Positions 1-12,970 are shown, counted from the whole stretch's first letter. The stretch: DNA of 63,873 nt, filler included, from Octopus bimaculoides (GCF_001194135.2; 7 parts of 6 records of this genome joined end to end with filler, not necessarily neighbours in it), one strand, 5' to 3'. Numbers and translations: made by a program. The notes: generated from the sequence alone by a model not told the origin.

Positions 1-239
1 GTTTTGCTGCCAGTTGCAGTACACCGCCACCAAGACGTCTCCAAACAAGTCTGGCTTACAGTTGTAAAGCTCGTAGGGCAGACCATCCAAACCCGGAGAT
101 TTGTCCCTCGAGCATCCCGCCATCGCGTCCCTCACTTCCGCCGCCGTGATGGCACCTTCGCAGCACTCCGCCTCTCTTGCCGAGAGTCGTGGCAGGCTGT
201 GCAGGTAGGCACTGAAGTCCACCCTGCGTTCTCGCTCAT
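1..239 (-). mobile_element. L1/Tx1-clade LINE ORF2 fragment (region just N-terminal to the RT domain), running off the window edge
   Basis: Minus-strand translation ERRVDFSAYLHSLPRLSAREAECCEGAITAAEVRDAMAGCSRDKSPGLDGLPYELY...CNWQQN contains the L1-type IT..EV..A......KSPG.DG.P.E.Y motif; it abuts a (GATA)n tract. Confidence 0.85.
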
Positions 240-243
240 ATAC

Positions 244-291
<48 letters not shown>

Positions 292-310
292 GTAGACACA
301 CACACACATA
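244..310. repeat. (GATA)n followed by (CA)n microsatellite
   Basis: Directly visible tandem repeats. Confidence 0.95.
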
Positions 311-870
311 CAGGTGTATTAAATACCATACCACTTAAATTCTTAATTTATTAAAATTATCTCCGCCTCAAGAAGTATTAGAATTACCATTTAGTGATTG
401 AGAAGGGGAGATGATGTTAAGTATTAAGAATTCTCCAAAGTGGTCATGGCATTAAGGAATAGGTCAGGTTTATTGTCTGGACATAATTGGCCAGCATCAT
501 CTCATCATCAGTAGCAAGAGACTTAGACTTGTACAAAAAAGTAAGACACATTTATGGGCACAAATATGTGTGCACGTATGTTTGTATGTACGAGTGTATA
601 TATGTTAGTGTGTGTGTATGTATGTATGTATGTATGTATAGTATCACAATGTTCTATTGTGTATTATTTTACTATTATATCTTTTTTTGCTTCATTTCTA
701 TTTAACATTGTTGATGTTATTACTTTTACTGCTATTCTTGTTGTGTTATAAATCTATAACTTCAATAGTATTAAGTTAATACCTTGTAACAAATTCGAAA
801 CCAAATCGGCAAGATACCAAGTTTAAAAGCATAGCTTAGTAACAGCTGTTCCAAGTGATCGGCTAAGTAT

Positions 871-902
871 TTAACCAATCAGCATCGGGACATCACGTGA
901 TG
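871..902. promoter_or_regulatory. Possible CCAAT box plus palindromic E-box
   Basis: AACCAATCAGC at 873-883 and perfect 12-bp palindrome CATCACGTGATG at 891-902; motif match only. Confidence 0.2.
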
Positions 903-1576
903 CAACTTTTTGAACGTCTCCTAACAAGTCCTATAAATAAGCATGCTTTGGGGCGCCAAATTTCAATTTGTGGAGTATCGCCGCTAGGCAAACCACGTTC
1001 TCATTTTGCTGTATTTAACAGTCGTTCTAATGACTCCTTACTCAACCGAGTAGACAGCAGCTGCAGTTTTGCAGTCATGAGCCCAGCATGATATTTTCTC
1101 CTGTCGTGACAGCTTATTTACAGAGCCTACATAACCAAATATTTTTGATAACTACAGAATTGTCCTTCTAGTGTGTAAACTTTACTGTTTCATTTTTAAT
1201 TTAAGACCAACATGGAAAATATTAAGTGCGACAAATAAAATTCTGTTAATCATTCACGAGTTTTGAGCATTCATTATACGCAGCCAGAACCTAACTCAAC
1301 TATCGGCAAATCATTTACACGATGATATGGAATTACCACCTCATTACAATCTTATTTTGCCTCTTTCTGGTTTACAATATTATCTAAAGATTGTAATTGG
1401 TGAGTTGTTGCGATGACATATAATTCTCATTAGTTTTATTGGAGCAATGGTATACATTCAGACACCAATACACATCAAATACGGACATCACTATTCACAG
1501 ATGTAGCCCACGTTAAAAACTACTCACACACTTTCACACACGATCGTGCGAGCATAGTTATAACGCATTCATACAT

Positions 1577-1638
<62 letters not shown>

Positions 1639-1648
1639 NNNNNNNNNN

Positions 1649-1684
<36 letters not shown>

Positions 1685-2100
1685 GTATATACATACACAT
1701 GCATATACATAAATATATATACATACGTACATATGTACATACATACATACATACATACATACATAGATTCCACGTACACAGAAGCATGCTACACCCATAA
1801 CGACTAACTATTCATAATTGAAGTTATTGAAGCACATGTTGAACTGACGGGACATACACACACAGAAACATACAAACACACATACATAGAAACATTCACA
1901 CACACACACGCACACATTTATACTAACACACACTGAGTTGCTGAGATCTGGAAATAAGATGACCTCACTCACCCCGAAGAAAGAAAATGCATTTATATTG
2001 AAACTTCATGTATATGGACATACACCCAGTTACACGCAGATTCCAGTTTGTGTCTGGAAGCACGCACGCGCGCACACACACAAATGCATACATACAGACA

Positions 2101-2426
2101 AGAAAAAGTATGTACCGTCACAGAGGTCAGCTATCCTGCTAATGTGAATATCTCTTTGAAAATCAAAGAGAAAGAAGATAACTATGGACAACTGCTTCAA
2201 AACCTTCTATTTCTTCAACCGGATTACAAATTTACATTTACACCAAATAATAATTGGAGCAGTTGGTTTTGTAAGTACATTTATAACTGACATAATGTCT
2301 AGGCAACAATCTGGTTAAGATACGGTTTTCAGAAAAGAAATCAACCAACCGACTCGTAAATTACAAATACAATTTGTAAGCGGAACAGTAAAGCTATGAA
2401 AAACTTTTCTCAGATTTAAAATGTGA
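2101..2426 (+). mobile_element. R4/Dong-like non-LTR retrotransposon, family 2: degenerate C-terminal restriction-like endonuclease region
   Basis: Frameshifted translation KVCTVTEVSYPANVNISLKIKEKEDNYGQLLQNLLFLQPDYKFTF..IIIGAVGFV...RKLQIQFVSGTVKL.KTFLRFKM*; homologous to 19335-20025. Confidence 0.7.
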
Positions 2427-3382
2427 CATGGTTTTCGTTATCTACATTCCAAAGATGGAGCTTTGTATCTTTGTTGGAAGCCAGCTCTTTCAGAGGAAGA
2501 ATTTCAATGAAGATACACTCACACACACACACATAAAAAGTAAATTATAAAAAAAAGCAGCTCAACGCAAGTATGACGTGTATAGCATTAGTTTTACGCT
2601 TGAGAAGTTGAAAGAGTCAACGTTGGTTTCTCATGAACAGAAACATAAACATAGGTAGAGATATAGAAAGGAATTGAGAGCGTGTAGAAAAAAGTACAAA
2701 ACTACAATATTATGAAAATTTAATTTTACAACACTAATTTTATGAAATTAATTTTTATGACACTATAAGACACTGGTAAAAGGTGATGTGTTATGACTAG
2801 GGAGGAATGACGATCTATGGAGAGAATTCTGAAGAAAGAGCGTGTGTTGTGTACATGCAAACGTCTGTGTGTGTCTACAAGCGAGCGTAAGAGGCACTCG
2901 TGTAACGTATGTTGTTAGGGACTCTATGTATGAGTATAGATATTTGCAAGAATAAATTTGATTACGTTGGTTTGTGGGGATGTGGGAGTATGTCGTTTTG
3001 TATGCAATTGTTAAGAGGGTGTTTGTTACCAAGTTAATGTAGACCGATGCGTGCGCATTGGGTGCGTATGACTAAAGATGTAGAATTGTTGTAAGTTGAC
3101 GTCTGTGTTAAACGGTGAAATGTGTGTGCATTGCATAAGGTAGGATGGGTTTTGTCTTTCTCGGGCATGCATTAGTGAAATAAAGACCGAAAGACAAAGG
3201 AAATCGAGATACTGAAACTTCAATAAGAAGAAAAAAATACCTAAAATCGCTTGAAAAGATAAGATTCCAAGAGAGAGAGATCAAATATCATAGAAATTAA
3301 AGTAAAAACGTAGAAAGTGATGCACGTATCTCACTGTGAAGATAGAGGATGGCCAACTATATGCATACATACATACACACAC

Positions 3383-3510
<128 letters not shown>

Positions 3511-3917
3511 TTATGTATGTGTACATATATTTATTTATTTTAAATTGATAGGGTGTAATGTAAGAGATATTTAGTTGCATAGTCTTGAGCGACTAAGCAA
3601 TGACTCTCTCTTTGCTTTCTAAGAATTTTGTTGAAAGTTAAGTCGTCATAATATTCATCCGCTTTCAATATATTGAATACCATAGGTTGTTTTTATGCTC
3701 TCCGAAAACATTCATTATCTTGATTTCCATCCACGTAATTCTTGGCTTCTCCCTTCCTATTTTCTCATTTATTTCACCTTGACTCTCTACTCCAACTTTT
3801 TTTTTTGTAGTCATATTTTAGTTTATTCTGATAATATGAATGTGCAAGCTTGGGTGTATATATGTGTACGCACGCATCCGTGTACATATATACATACACA
3901 CACACGTGTGTGTGTGA

Positions 3918-3953
<36 letters not shown>

Positions 3954-4171
3954 CTATACATGCACACTCACATACACGTGTGTGTGTGTTTGTGTGTGCC
4001 TATACACACATACAGAAGTATGCCAATAGAAAGAGAAAAAAATTCAACGGATATATATGTATACACACATATATATTCATGTGTGTGTGTGTGTGTGTGT
4101 ATGGTCCAAAAATAAACAAAAAAAAAACAGTTAGGTGAAAGAAAAATAAACAAGGAAAAACGGGAGATGTG

Positions 4172-4203
4172 TTTGACGTTTCGAGCCTATTTTCTTCTAT
4201 AGA
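4172..4203 (-). repeat. Degenerate copy of hammerhead-like repeat family H3
   Basis: Minus strand TTCTATAGAAGAAAATAGGCTCGAAACGTCAAA keeps GCTC-GAAAC-GTC-AAA; the 5' core is decayed. Related to 33334-33370 and 49089-49123. Confidence 0.45.
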
Positions 4204-5049
4204 AATGAATGGGGAGTAAAAACGTGACTGAATTAACGGTGCTACATGGTGAATTGAGAGGATAACGGGTGCGTGTGCATATGTGTGTGTGAGCGAGCGC
4301 GATCGGTGTGTTTTTGAGCCAGCGAACATATGTGTGTGGGTATAAAGATTATGTGAGTGTGTTTATGTGTATGCATGGGAACATGCGTATGTAAATTTAT
4401 ATATGTGACCGAATGTACGTATCTATATTTTTCAGCCGATGTGTTTGTAAGGGGCTCTTGGATAAAGTGTGTGTATATGAATTTAATATGTGAGTGCATA
4501 TTCTGTACGTATGCGCATGTAATTGGTGTAAGGGCCCTTGTATCTGAGTGTGAGGCTATTTGATGTATGTGTGTGCTGTAGAGGACTGTATGCGGGTCAA
4601 CCTGGATGGATGTCTCGCGTGGAATAGGGGTGACAAAGAAACTAAGTGGTGTTGGGAGGTGTAGGTGCTTGGTTATATACATGTTACTGTACGTGTGGGG
4701 AAGAAAGTAAGGAGTGTGGGTGCTAGTGTGTGTGTATAAGTGTGTGGGGGTGGGGGTGCGTGTGTGTGTTTGTGCTGGTGTATTTTATGCGCATGCTGTA
4801 TGGGCATAATGGTGTCGGTAGCTTGGGTAATGAACAAATGGTGTAGAGAAAGGCAAGGCAGTAGAATATGAAAGATGTGTGGTGTGTGTAAACGTTTGTG
4901 GAGGTGGGTTTAGATGAATAGGAGTGAAGAATTGAGACCATGAGGGACTGTAGAACGAAGAGACAAAATAACTTCCAGTTGACGATAGAGGAAGGAGGCC
5001 GGATGGCCTCTGTACAAAGCCACACCGAACACAGCCAGATGCTCCAAGG

Positions 5050-5085
5050 AACGTCCGGCGAGCGGAAGTGACATGACACCGCGGT
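5050..5085. promoter_or_regulatory. CpG-rich patch with ETS-type motif
   Basis: GCGGAAGTG at 5062-5070 within ACGTCCGGCGAGCGGAAGTGACATGACACCGCGG; motif match only. Confidence 0.2.
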
Positions 5086-6127
5086 GTATAATCATACACA
5101 GAAACACACAGAAACAATGTATATAATCATATCTGTTTATATGAACGTATTTACTCGAGTGTATACCTCTGCAGGTATGAATGACATAAATACATAATAT
5201 GCGAAGGGAATTAATAACGCATATTGATGTTTGTATATAGGTTTATTATACTTCTACTTTCCACTCCTTCTCTTCTGTCAATGATCATATTGTCCTCCTG
5301 AGTTACTTCTTTTACAGGCCCACGACATCGATTACACCTCCACACTTGAACATTCAATACTTCATATATTCGGATACTTAAATATTAACACACATGCACC
5401 CGCATAAGAACATACATATAATTAAGTGAATACCCAAATGCAAATATAGAAATACCAATATATGTCCAATCGAAGACAACTACCTAGTAAAATATATATT
5501 ATATACTGAGACACCGTTAACATCAATTCTTCCCACTCTTACATAGGTTTAATGGCAAATCGATTCAAAATAAGATTTAAGCACCACATAGATTCATTCT
5601 GGCACCCAAGTAGAAATATGTTACTTCAATATCGTTGCACTTCTAGTTTTTGAAAGAAACCAATCCACCCTACAATTTTACTAAGTCCTCCGCCAAGTCA
5701 TATTTAAGTAGCTATATCAGCTCTACTTTTACAGAACCCTATAAAGTCCTCTTCTCCAAACTTAAACCATTTTATTATTTTTGTTTCTTCGTGTCGACAT
5801 AGGACTTTTAGAGTTCTGAAACATTGTAAACCTTTCATATTCTCTAACAAAACTCATTCCTACCACATCGCATCCAATACACTCAACCACAAGTAAGACC
5901 CATGCGTATAGATGCTACTCCTAGATCAAAAATTTGAAGTCTAACGAACGTAAGACTGGTCAGTCTTGAAAATCTGCCAATAAGTCGACATCAGTATTAC
6001 CGATTCAATTCAGCTTAGCTACTTAAATTTTTTTAGTTAATTTTTAGTTTTTGCTCATAGATATCGCCTTAACTTCACACACGTAGGAACACATGCATAT
6101 GTGCACATAAACACACACATAAATATG

Positions 6128-6275
6128 CATGGGATTTATGTTATTTTATTAACATACAGCAATTGGTAATCATTTATATAGCAAATCAAAATAAAAGAAT
6201 AAGCGACACAGCCGCCACTTATGTTGTTATACACCAGTTTTGATATTAACCCACCGTCGCTACTGCCAGTATTTC
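6128..6275 (-). CDS. Weak candidate exon (possibly terminal) of the unidentified minus-strand gene
   Basis: Acceptor ttaacag, then an open frame in phase with exon 6863-7009: GNTGSSDGGLISKLVYNNISGGCVAYSFILICYINDYQLLYVNKIT*. Polypyrimidine tract is poor and the end point is uncertain. Confidence 0.25.
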
Positions 6276-6484
6276 CTGTTAATACTTTCATACGTCAGCA
6301 TTAATTCAGCCAATGATGAGCCTTTTTCAGACACACACGCACAAAAGTGTTTGGGAAGCTTCCGGTGGTTGGTGTAGTTCACTATGTGTGTATGTATATT
6401 TGCACATTATCATTTGCATGTATATATATGTATATATGTATATATGTGTGTATGTGTGTGTGTATGCATGTGTATATATATATA

Positions 6485-6525
<41 letters not shown>

Positions 6526-6681
6526 GCATACACATGGATGTGTGTTCCCCACTCACATAAACACATGTTAAATCAATAAATGAAAATATATTTAGTTATT
6601 AACGTGACATTAAACGCTGTCTCATGCATATATAGATTTATTTACATGTATATATAGATATATACTATGTGTGTATAATCC

Positions 6682-6727
<46 letters not shown>

Positions 6728-6862
6728 AGTGTGTGTGTGTACAATTGTGTGTATATGTGTATGCTCAATAATTATATATTTTGATTTAGACAGGATGTCT
6801 ACTACATTTAAGAAGGACAGGTACCTTTCACTCAGGTTCATATATGTACCACACTCTCTTAC

Positions 6863-7009
6863 CTATGTACCACAGTTCACCGACTGACAAATTAGCAACA
6901 ACAATATCACTGTTTTGCTTATTTTCACTGCTGAATTTATTTATCTCTTTCACTGAATAAGGAAGGTTACTTGTTAGGTTTGTGTCTGGTGACAGTAGAC
7001 TACCAACAA
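6863..7009 (-). CDS. Internal exon (147 bp, phase 1-1) of unidentified minus-strand gene
   Basis: Acceptor ttcctccttatatatatatatcag, donor ATAG|GTAAGA; only one frame open: VGSLLSPDTNLTSNLPYSVKEINKFSSENKQNSDIVVANLSVGELWYI, with two N-glycosylation sequons. Confidence 0.55.
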
Positions 7010-7379
7010 CTGATATATATATAAGGAGGAAATGACGCACAAAGCACTTGCAAGATCGTGTGAAACACTTAATGCCCTGATAAAGATATTTTTCCTGCAG
7101 TGTGATCTCGAACAAAATTATCCGATGTGCTTGGCCAGTTTTATAGACGGTAAATTGAAGAATGGTTGAAATTTCTCGGTGGTCGCGTCGATCGGTTTGC
7201 ATCCCATGACAAAGAGGTTAAATGAATACATTTTAAGGGATCATTCATTTATACTGTGTTAATAAATGGTGTAGTGAGGATCAAAATCTCACTTTGATTC
7301 AGTTGTTCAGCAATTTTCTTTTTACCAGACAAGACATTTTTTCTTTCACTGTAAGTTGTTGTTGCTGTTAATTAATTCT

Positions 7380-7560
7380 AAGTCGACTTCGTCCAGCAGA
7401 TCTATGATGAAGAGCATTCCAACCGTCATTTTTCATTCAGATGTGGTTCTGTAGTTAAGAAGGCCACTTTTTATTATAAGGATTCGGTTTCGATTTCACT
7501 ATGTGGTATCATGAGCAGGTATCCTGTTCTATAGCATTTTGCTAACCCAGGAATGTATCG
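7380..7560 (-). mobile_element. Decayed RTE-type 3' end / SINE tail
   Basis: Resembles other (TGA)n-tailed repeat copies in the window (agatctatgatgaagagcattcca segment). Confidence 0.4.
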
Positions 7561-8678
7561 TGACGGAAGCATTACAGGCGGAAATGTCCGTCGAATTTAG
7601 AAGATACTAGATTAAGTTCACCATCAAGTTTAACAGCCTCGCAAGGCCGTGAGGTACCTTCAACGGTAACTACTCTCCTGCAAACATTTCAGCAAAGTTT
7701 CCGTTCAAAAAATTATTTTTTCTTGTCCTCCTACAAGTCTCAGATTCTATCCCTAATTTAGGCTTCTTGTTAAAAACAATGGTAGTGTTTGAAAGGGCGT
7801 CTATTGTGTCAAACGTTATCCAATGTTATTCTCTTCTTGATTTCTATTAGAAACAATATTTCGTGTTTGACATTAGCTTGCGGTATTAAGTTATTGTTAT
7901 TATATTGTGAATTCAAACCCCGCTGTGTTTGATTTTGTCATTTATTCTTCCGTAGCCAGTAAAGAAAATACATGTAATATACTTGAGTAAGATCTAATCT
8001 CATATAATACTTGAACATCGTCCAATGTTAAGACAAAAGAACAATGATAAAAACAATTCCAGTTATTTTCAAAAGAGTTTTTATAGGGTAGTTTGACTTG
8101 CCAGAAATAGTAGTTATGTTCACTTAATCACATCTTACATACATCACTGTTTAATTTTAATATCTACTTTCCTATACTTGTTTAGGTTAGACGAAATTTA
8201 GATCAAATTTTCTACAGCTGGATGCTGATACTGATATCAGCTTCTCTCCTTTTCCAAGCAAGGTAATATTTTCATCAGTCCTTTAAACACGAAAGCCATA
8301 AGCGTCGGGAATTTTTTTTTACCATGGACAATTACAAATGAATGGCAACTTTTGGATAAGGGTAACATTCGCTTATAATTATTGCGAGGAGCTAAGACAA
8401 ACACATATATATAGTTTCCTTCAAGCAAATAACTGCCGAGGTGTCAAGGTGCCTCCCCCCCCCCCACACACACACACATGTTAACACATTTTCCTTTAAT
8501 TTGTTATAATTTATACAAAATCGGAATTGCTTGCTTCGGTACTCCTGAGATACCTGAACGTACACTGAAGCAGGCAAATAATTAAGCAAACAAACAATGT
8601 AAAATAAGTGGCATCTAATATTCTTATCTTAAATGGGTGGTCAATGAATGTTTAATGTATGATAAAACTGTTACTTAC

Positions 8679-8728
8679 AGGTGACCGCTAAACTCTGGCG
8701 ACTTTTTACAGTAAACGGTAATATCTTT
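8679..8728 (-). CDS. Internal exon (50 bp) of unidentified minus-strand gene
   Basis: Strong acceptor ttccttttttctgttttcag and donor CCT|GTAAGT; frame 0 reads KDITVYCKKSPEFSGH(L), in phase with exon 13976-14060. Confidence 0.55.
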
Positions 8729-9796
8729 CTGAAAACAGAAAAAAGGAATTTTTATTGTGATGTTGGTGAAAAAAGAATTTGTAACGGTTTGATATGTGAA
8801 ATATTTTTAAAATGGAAAACGCTTTCAGTTTCATAAACAGAACAAATCCTAAACGGATCTTCTAGAGTGCTTACATCTTGTGGGAAGGGGACGTTATCTA
8901 AATATTTTGGTCTTTTTGGTTTTCGGTATATAGATTTTCAAAAAGACATTTATGGTGGGGTAGGAACTTTTCAATGCAGTTTAATAAAAGCCTTTCCCTG
9001 CTATATAGAAAATCGGTATACTGTTTTGTCTTTTTTTTCTCTTTTCTTTTTTAACAGAGAAACTTGAAAGCTTCTGAGACACGATACGAAATTCGGTGAA
9101 ACTTTGCCGGCAGTATTTGCGGGTTACAGAGGAAGATATCATAGCATGTAAACACACCCGCCAACCTCCCACCTTTGCTTTCTGAGCCGGAGTAATGCTC
9201 CAGGTCCGAATACACTGACTACTCTACTCATCCACTTGGCCTAATAGAAATAGCAGCCAAATCTCCCTAAATTAAATCTTACTGTTGTAGAAACAAATAT
9301 TGCAATATTTCAGCCCTAAATATTCTATATCTAAAAAAAAAATATTACCATATCTGTGAACGTCTCTTCAATCACCTTCTTTATCAAGAACTTATGAAAG
9401 TTTAAAGTTCTGCTCAATTTCAGCTATACATATACTATAATGCCCCATCTTGTTATTTATAGTAAGTATACATTAATAAGAATATATAATTCCTTGAATT
9501 GTTCATATTTGAGCTATTTAGATGTTATCGTGTCTCAACTTACCAATGATAATAAACAAAAAATTACTGCTCGTACAGATCTATATTAGCAGACATTTAA
9601 GCCATAGAAATACGAAAGTGTCCCAAATTATTACCGTGTCTGAAATTTTCAATAACACTGTGTAACACGTTCTTTGTCCTTGGGTAGCAACTGTTATTTT
9701 CTATCTACTTAAATCTAGAAGTATGAAAAATGGTTAATATTTCCTTCAAACTTCGCTTTTATTGTTTCTATTCAAACCCCAAAACTCCCTCTCAAC

Positions 9797-9918
9797 ACAT
9801 GGCTATGATGCTACCACCCTTCTGCTCGCGATAAGAGATGCACATATTGTCAGCCACTAAGGGACGGGCTCAAGTGCTTAAGGTCAAGCAAATCTGTGTT
9901 ATTGAGGAGAATATTTGC
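9797..9918. repeat. Interspersed repeat fragment, same family as 45395-45860
   Basis: Shared agagatgcacatat(t/c)gtcagccactaagggac(g/a)ggctcaa...taaggtcaa segment. Confidence 0.7.
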
Positions 9919-11173
9919 TATAACGATATATCTGCTTCAGCAATTCAGCACTGAGTCTGTCTGAAATGTAATGGAAAATATGTCAGTTTCAAAACATTGA
10001 TGTCCAGTCACAAAAGCAAAGTTCGAAAGGAATAGTAGCCATTTCCTTTGACTTCTAAATAGTAACAAAGAGAAAATACCACTTACTGACCAAAGACAAA
10101 AAGCAAAATTTGTTACACAGAGTAATAAACAAAACATTACTGTTCGTACTGGTCTAGCAGACATGTAAGCCGTAGAAATATTAAAGTGTCCCCAATTATT
10201 ATTGATGACAAACAGTACAATTTATATAAATCTTGTCCTACATCTACACCTTGAACAATTATTTTTATCAGACATTCTGTAGGAACCAACAATGGTACTT
10301 CTACTCGGTTAAGTTGACTTCTCGATATAGCAGTACAATCTGCCTCAAATACCACTCTACATCAGTTACGGCAATCCAAGACAGATATCTCCCTCGGCGG
10401 GCGATGCATTCCCACCGTTTGGATCGGCTATGGGCAATATTCCGCCTCTTCAGTCTTAACGAAAGACAAAGATTAGAAAAAAAGAAATAGAAACAGACTT
10501 CCTCGAATAGATTACCATATGGTTATTAGTTCTTTTCGTTGAATCAATTAGCACGTTACAAGTAAAATATTCGGCGAATTCATCATCATCATCATCATCA
10601 CCATCATCATCACCACCACCACCACCACTACCATGGTTGTTGTTATTGTTGCTGTTGCTACTGGGGTGGCAGCGGCGATGGTTATTTTCCTGATTGTTAT
10701 TATTATGATTGGATAGATTACCAGATGTTTTATTCTTGCTTACCAATTCCATCTATTTATTACCAAAATAACTATTTAACACTCAAAAAACACTTCTGAT
10801 TTTTGTTTTTTCTAGGACACAATTTATCGCTGTTTAATTTTCTTCCTTATATTTCCTTTACAAAAAAAAAGAAGAAAAAGAAAAAGACAACAAAAATCCT
10901 TCAACACGGGAACAAATAAGACAATTATATCCCGAGAAGCTTTTTTTGTAAAGGCGGAGATTTGCACGAACAGTAGGAATACATCGCAGTCGAAGAATAT
11001 ATATACCTGGCAATAGATGGGTACTAATGGCGTGGTGAATTCAGTGTGCAACAGGATGTTATAGGCAGTGCCGTCGTAAGACATGGGCACACTGCACATT
11101 TACTCGGAGACCTTACACGTCTAGGGAGTCAATACTGATCTGTGTTTGTGACTTGCTGTTTTTTTAAATATAT

Positions 11174-11217
<44 letters not shown>

Positions 11218-12479
11218 ATATATATATATATATNNNNNNNNNNNNNNNNNNNNNNNNNNNNNNNNNNNNNNNNNNNNNNNNNNNNNNNNNNNNNNNNNNN
11301 NNNNNNNNNNNNNNNNNNNNNNNNNNNNNNNNNNNNNNNNNNNNNNNNNNNNNNNNNNNNNNNNNNNNNNNNNNNNNNNNNNNNNNNNNNNNNNNNNATA
11401 TATAGTGGGTTGTACCCCCAACCCCTAACTCTCTCACGTTATATATATATATATATATATATATTACAGAGCCTAGTTCTTTGATTTGCCCAAACGCCTA
11501 AAGTGCTGTTAAGGTGACCTGGTTGTAGCACCAGCAGTCATGGGTAGTCAGGTATCGCGCTCTTGTTACTTCAGCCATATCGGTTAGAACGGGTAGGCCT
11601 TTGACTGCCTAAAGTGATATCAAAGCATTTTGACTGCTATTGTTATGCTAACAGGTCAAGCAACCGTGTAGAATCTTTCTCGATTGATGCGTTTGCGTTA
11701 ATTGCCATTGCGAATTACAATATCTAAACCTTGCTATTTGTTTACAATTTGATAATGGAGCTGTGTTTGTTGCTGCTGTGTGCGTGTGTGTATGGGATTA
11801 TAAACTAATAGGTGTAGGTAATGGAGAAGCGTACTGCATACATGGTACGAATTACGAATCTACCTTCATTCGCTACCTTTATCAATTTACGATAGCATAA
11901 TTGGCAATCTTCGATACTAAACCGTGAGTTGAATAGTTACAATCATCTTATCGAAATTTCCATCACTTTCGAAATAGGACGAAGATGTATAACATACGTT
12001 GGTTAATAAACTTAGGCAAACAATTTCTTCGTACGTTTATTGTTCATATACTCATCATGTTAAGAAATGACGGCAAGAGAGAATTCTGAAAAGTTACTGG
12101 AGGTGCGTTTGGCAAAGGGCCAAAAGGATAAGCAGAATAGCTTGAGAGCTGGATGGTGCACGAAATCATACGTCGCGGTTCAGAGAGTGGTCTTGCAGGT
12201 GTTGCAATGCTGAGTAAGTACCACCCAGTATTTGTGAATGGTTGAGTTACCCTGAGCATTATAGGTTCTATCGAAGGTTCATCCGCTTTATGTCATCTAT
12301 ACAAGCCGTGTACATGCTTGATGCTTGATGTACCAACGTTTTTCTGATCGCACTATTCTATTGTATGTATGTATGTATGCATGCATTTATGTATGCATGT
12401 ATGTATGTATGTATGTATGTATGTATGTATGCATGCATGTGCGTGAGTGTGTGTACAAATGTATGGATATATATATATA

Positions 12480-12579
12480 NNNNNNNNNNNNNNNNNNNNN
12501 NNNNNNNNNNNNNNNNNNNNNNNTTAATTAATTAANNNNNNNNNNNNNNNNNNNNNNNNNNNNNNNNNNNNNNNNNNNN
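12480..12579. other. Artificial scaffold join (44 N + TTAATTAATTAA + 44 N); also at 26596, 50289, 57790, 60326 and 62355
   Basis: Identical 12-mer with stops in all six frames, centred in 100-bp gaps. Confidence 0.95.
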
Positions 12580-12844
12580 AATGAGACTTTAGTAGAAAGT
12601 GGGTTATACATCTTTAGATTGTATACCTGACTTTCTACTATAAAATTAAAGAAATTGACGGTACGCTGAACTCCAGACTAAACAACTCAAACAACATTTA
12701 TTTACTTGGTAAAACATACAAATCTTTTAGTTATACATCTTTAGAGGTGAGAATAACGAGCTGTCTAGTATAAGACTGAAAGATGTAGGGACAGCTTTTA
12801 AACACACGTCCATGCTCAATCGCTGGCCAGCGAGAAAGAGAATG

Positions 12845-12920
12845 AATTGAGCGGGAAACGCTTGCTTGTTTTATTCTATGCATGCGTAAGACTACGCATG
12901 CGCAGGCGTTACTACAAGAC
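12845..12920. promoter_or_regulatory. Promoter-like motif cluster
   Basis: GCGGGAAA (E2F-like) at 12851-12858, TACGCATGCGCA (NRF1-like) at 12893-12904, ACTACAA at 12911-12917; locally CpG-rich. Confidence 0.3.
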
Positions 12921-12970
12921 CGAAACAATTTCAGACGATGTAATTAAAACGCACTCAAGGATATAATTAA

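Noticed and set aside
8217-8265. Apparent 45-bp plus-strand exon (LDADTDISFSPFPSK)
   Set aside because: The acceptor ttctacagctggatgc is the core of SINE family B; no partner exons.
12044-12260. Exon-like, moderately GC-rich patch
   Set aside because: No consistent acceptor, donor and open-frame combination on either strand.
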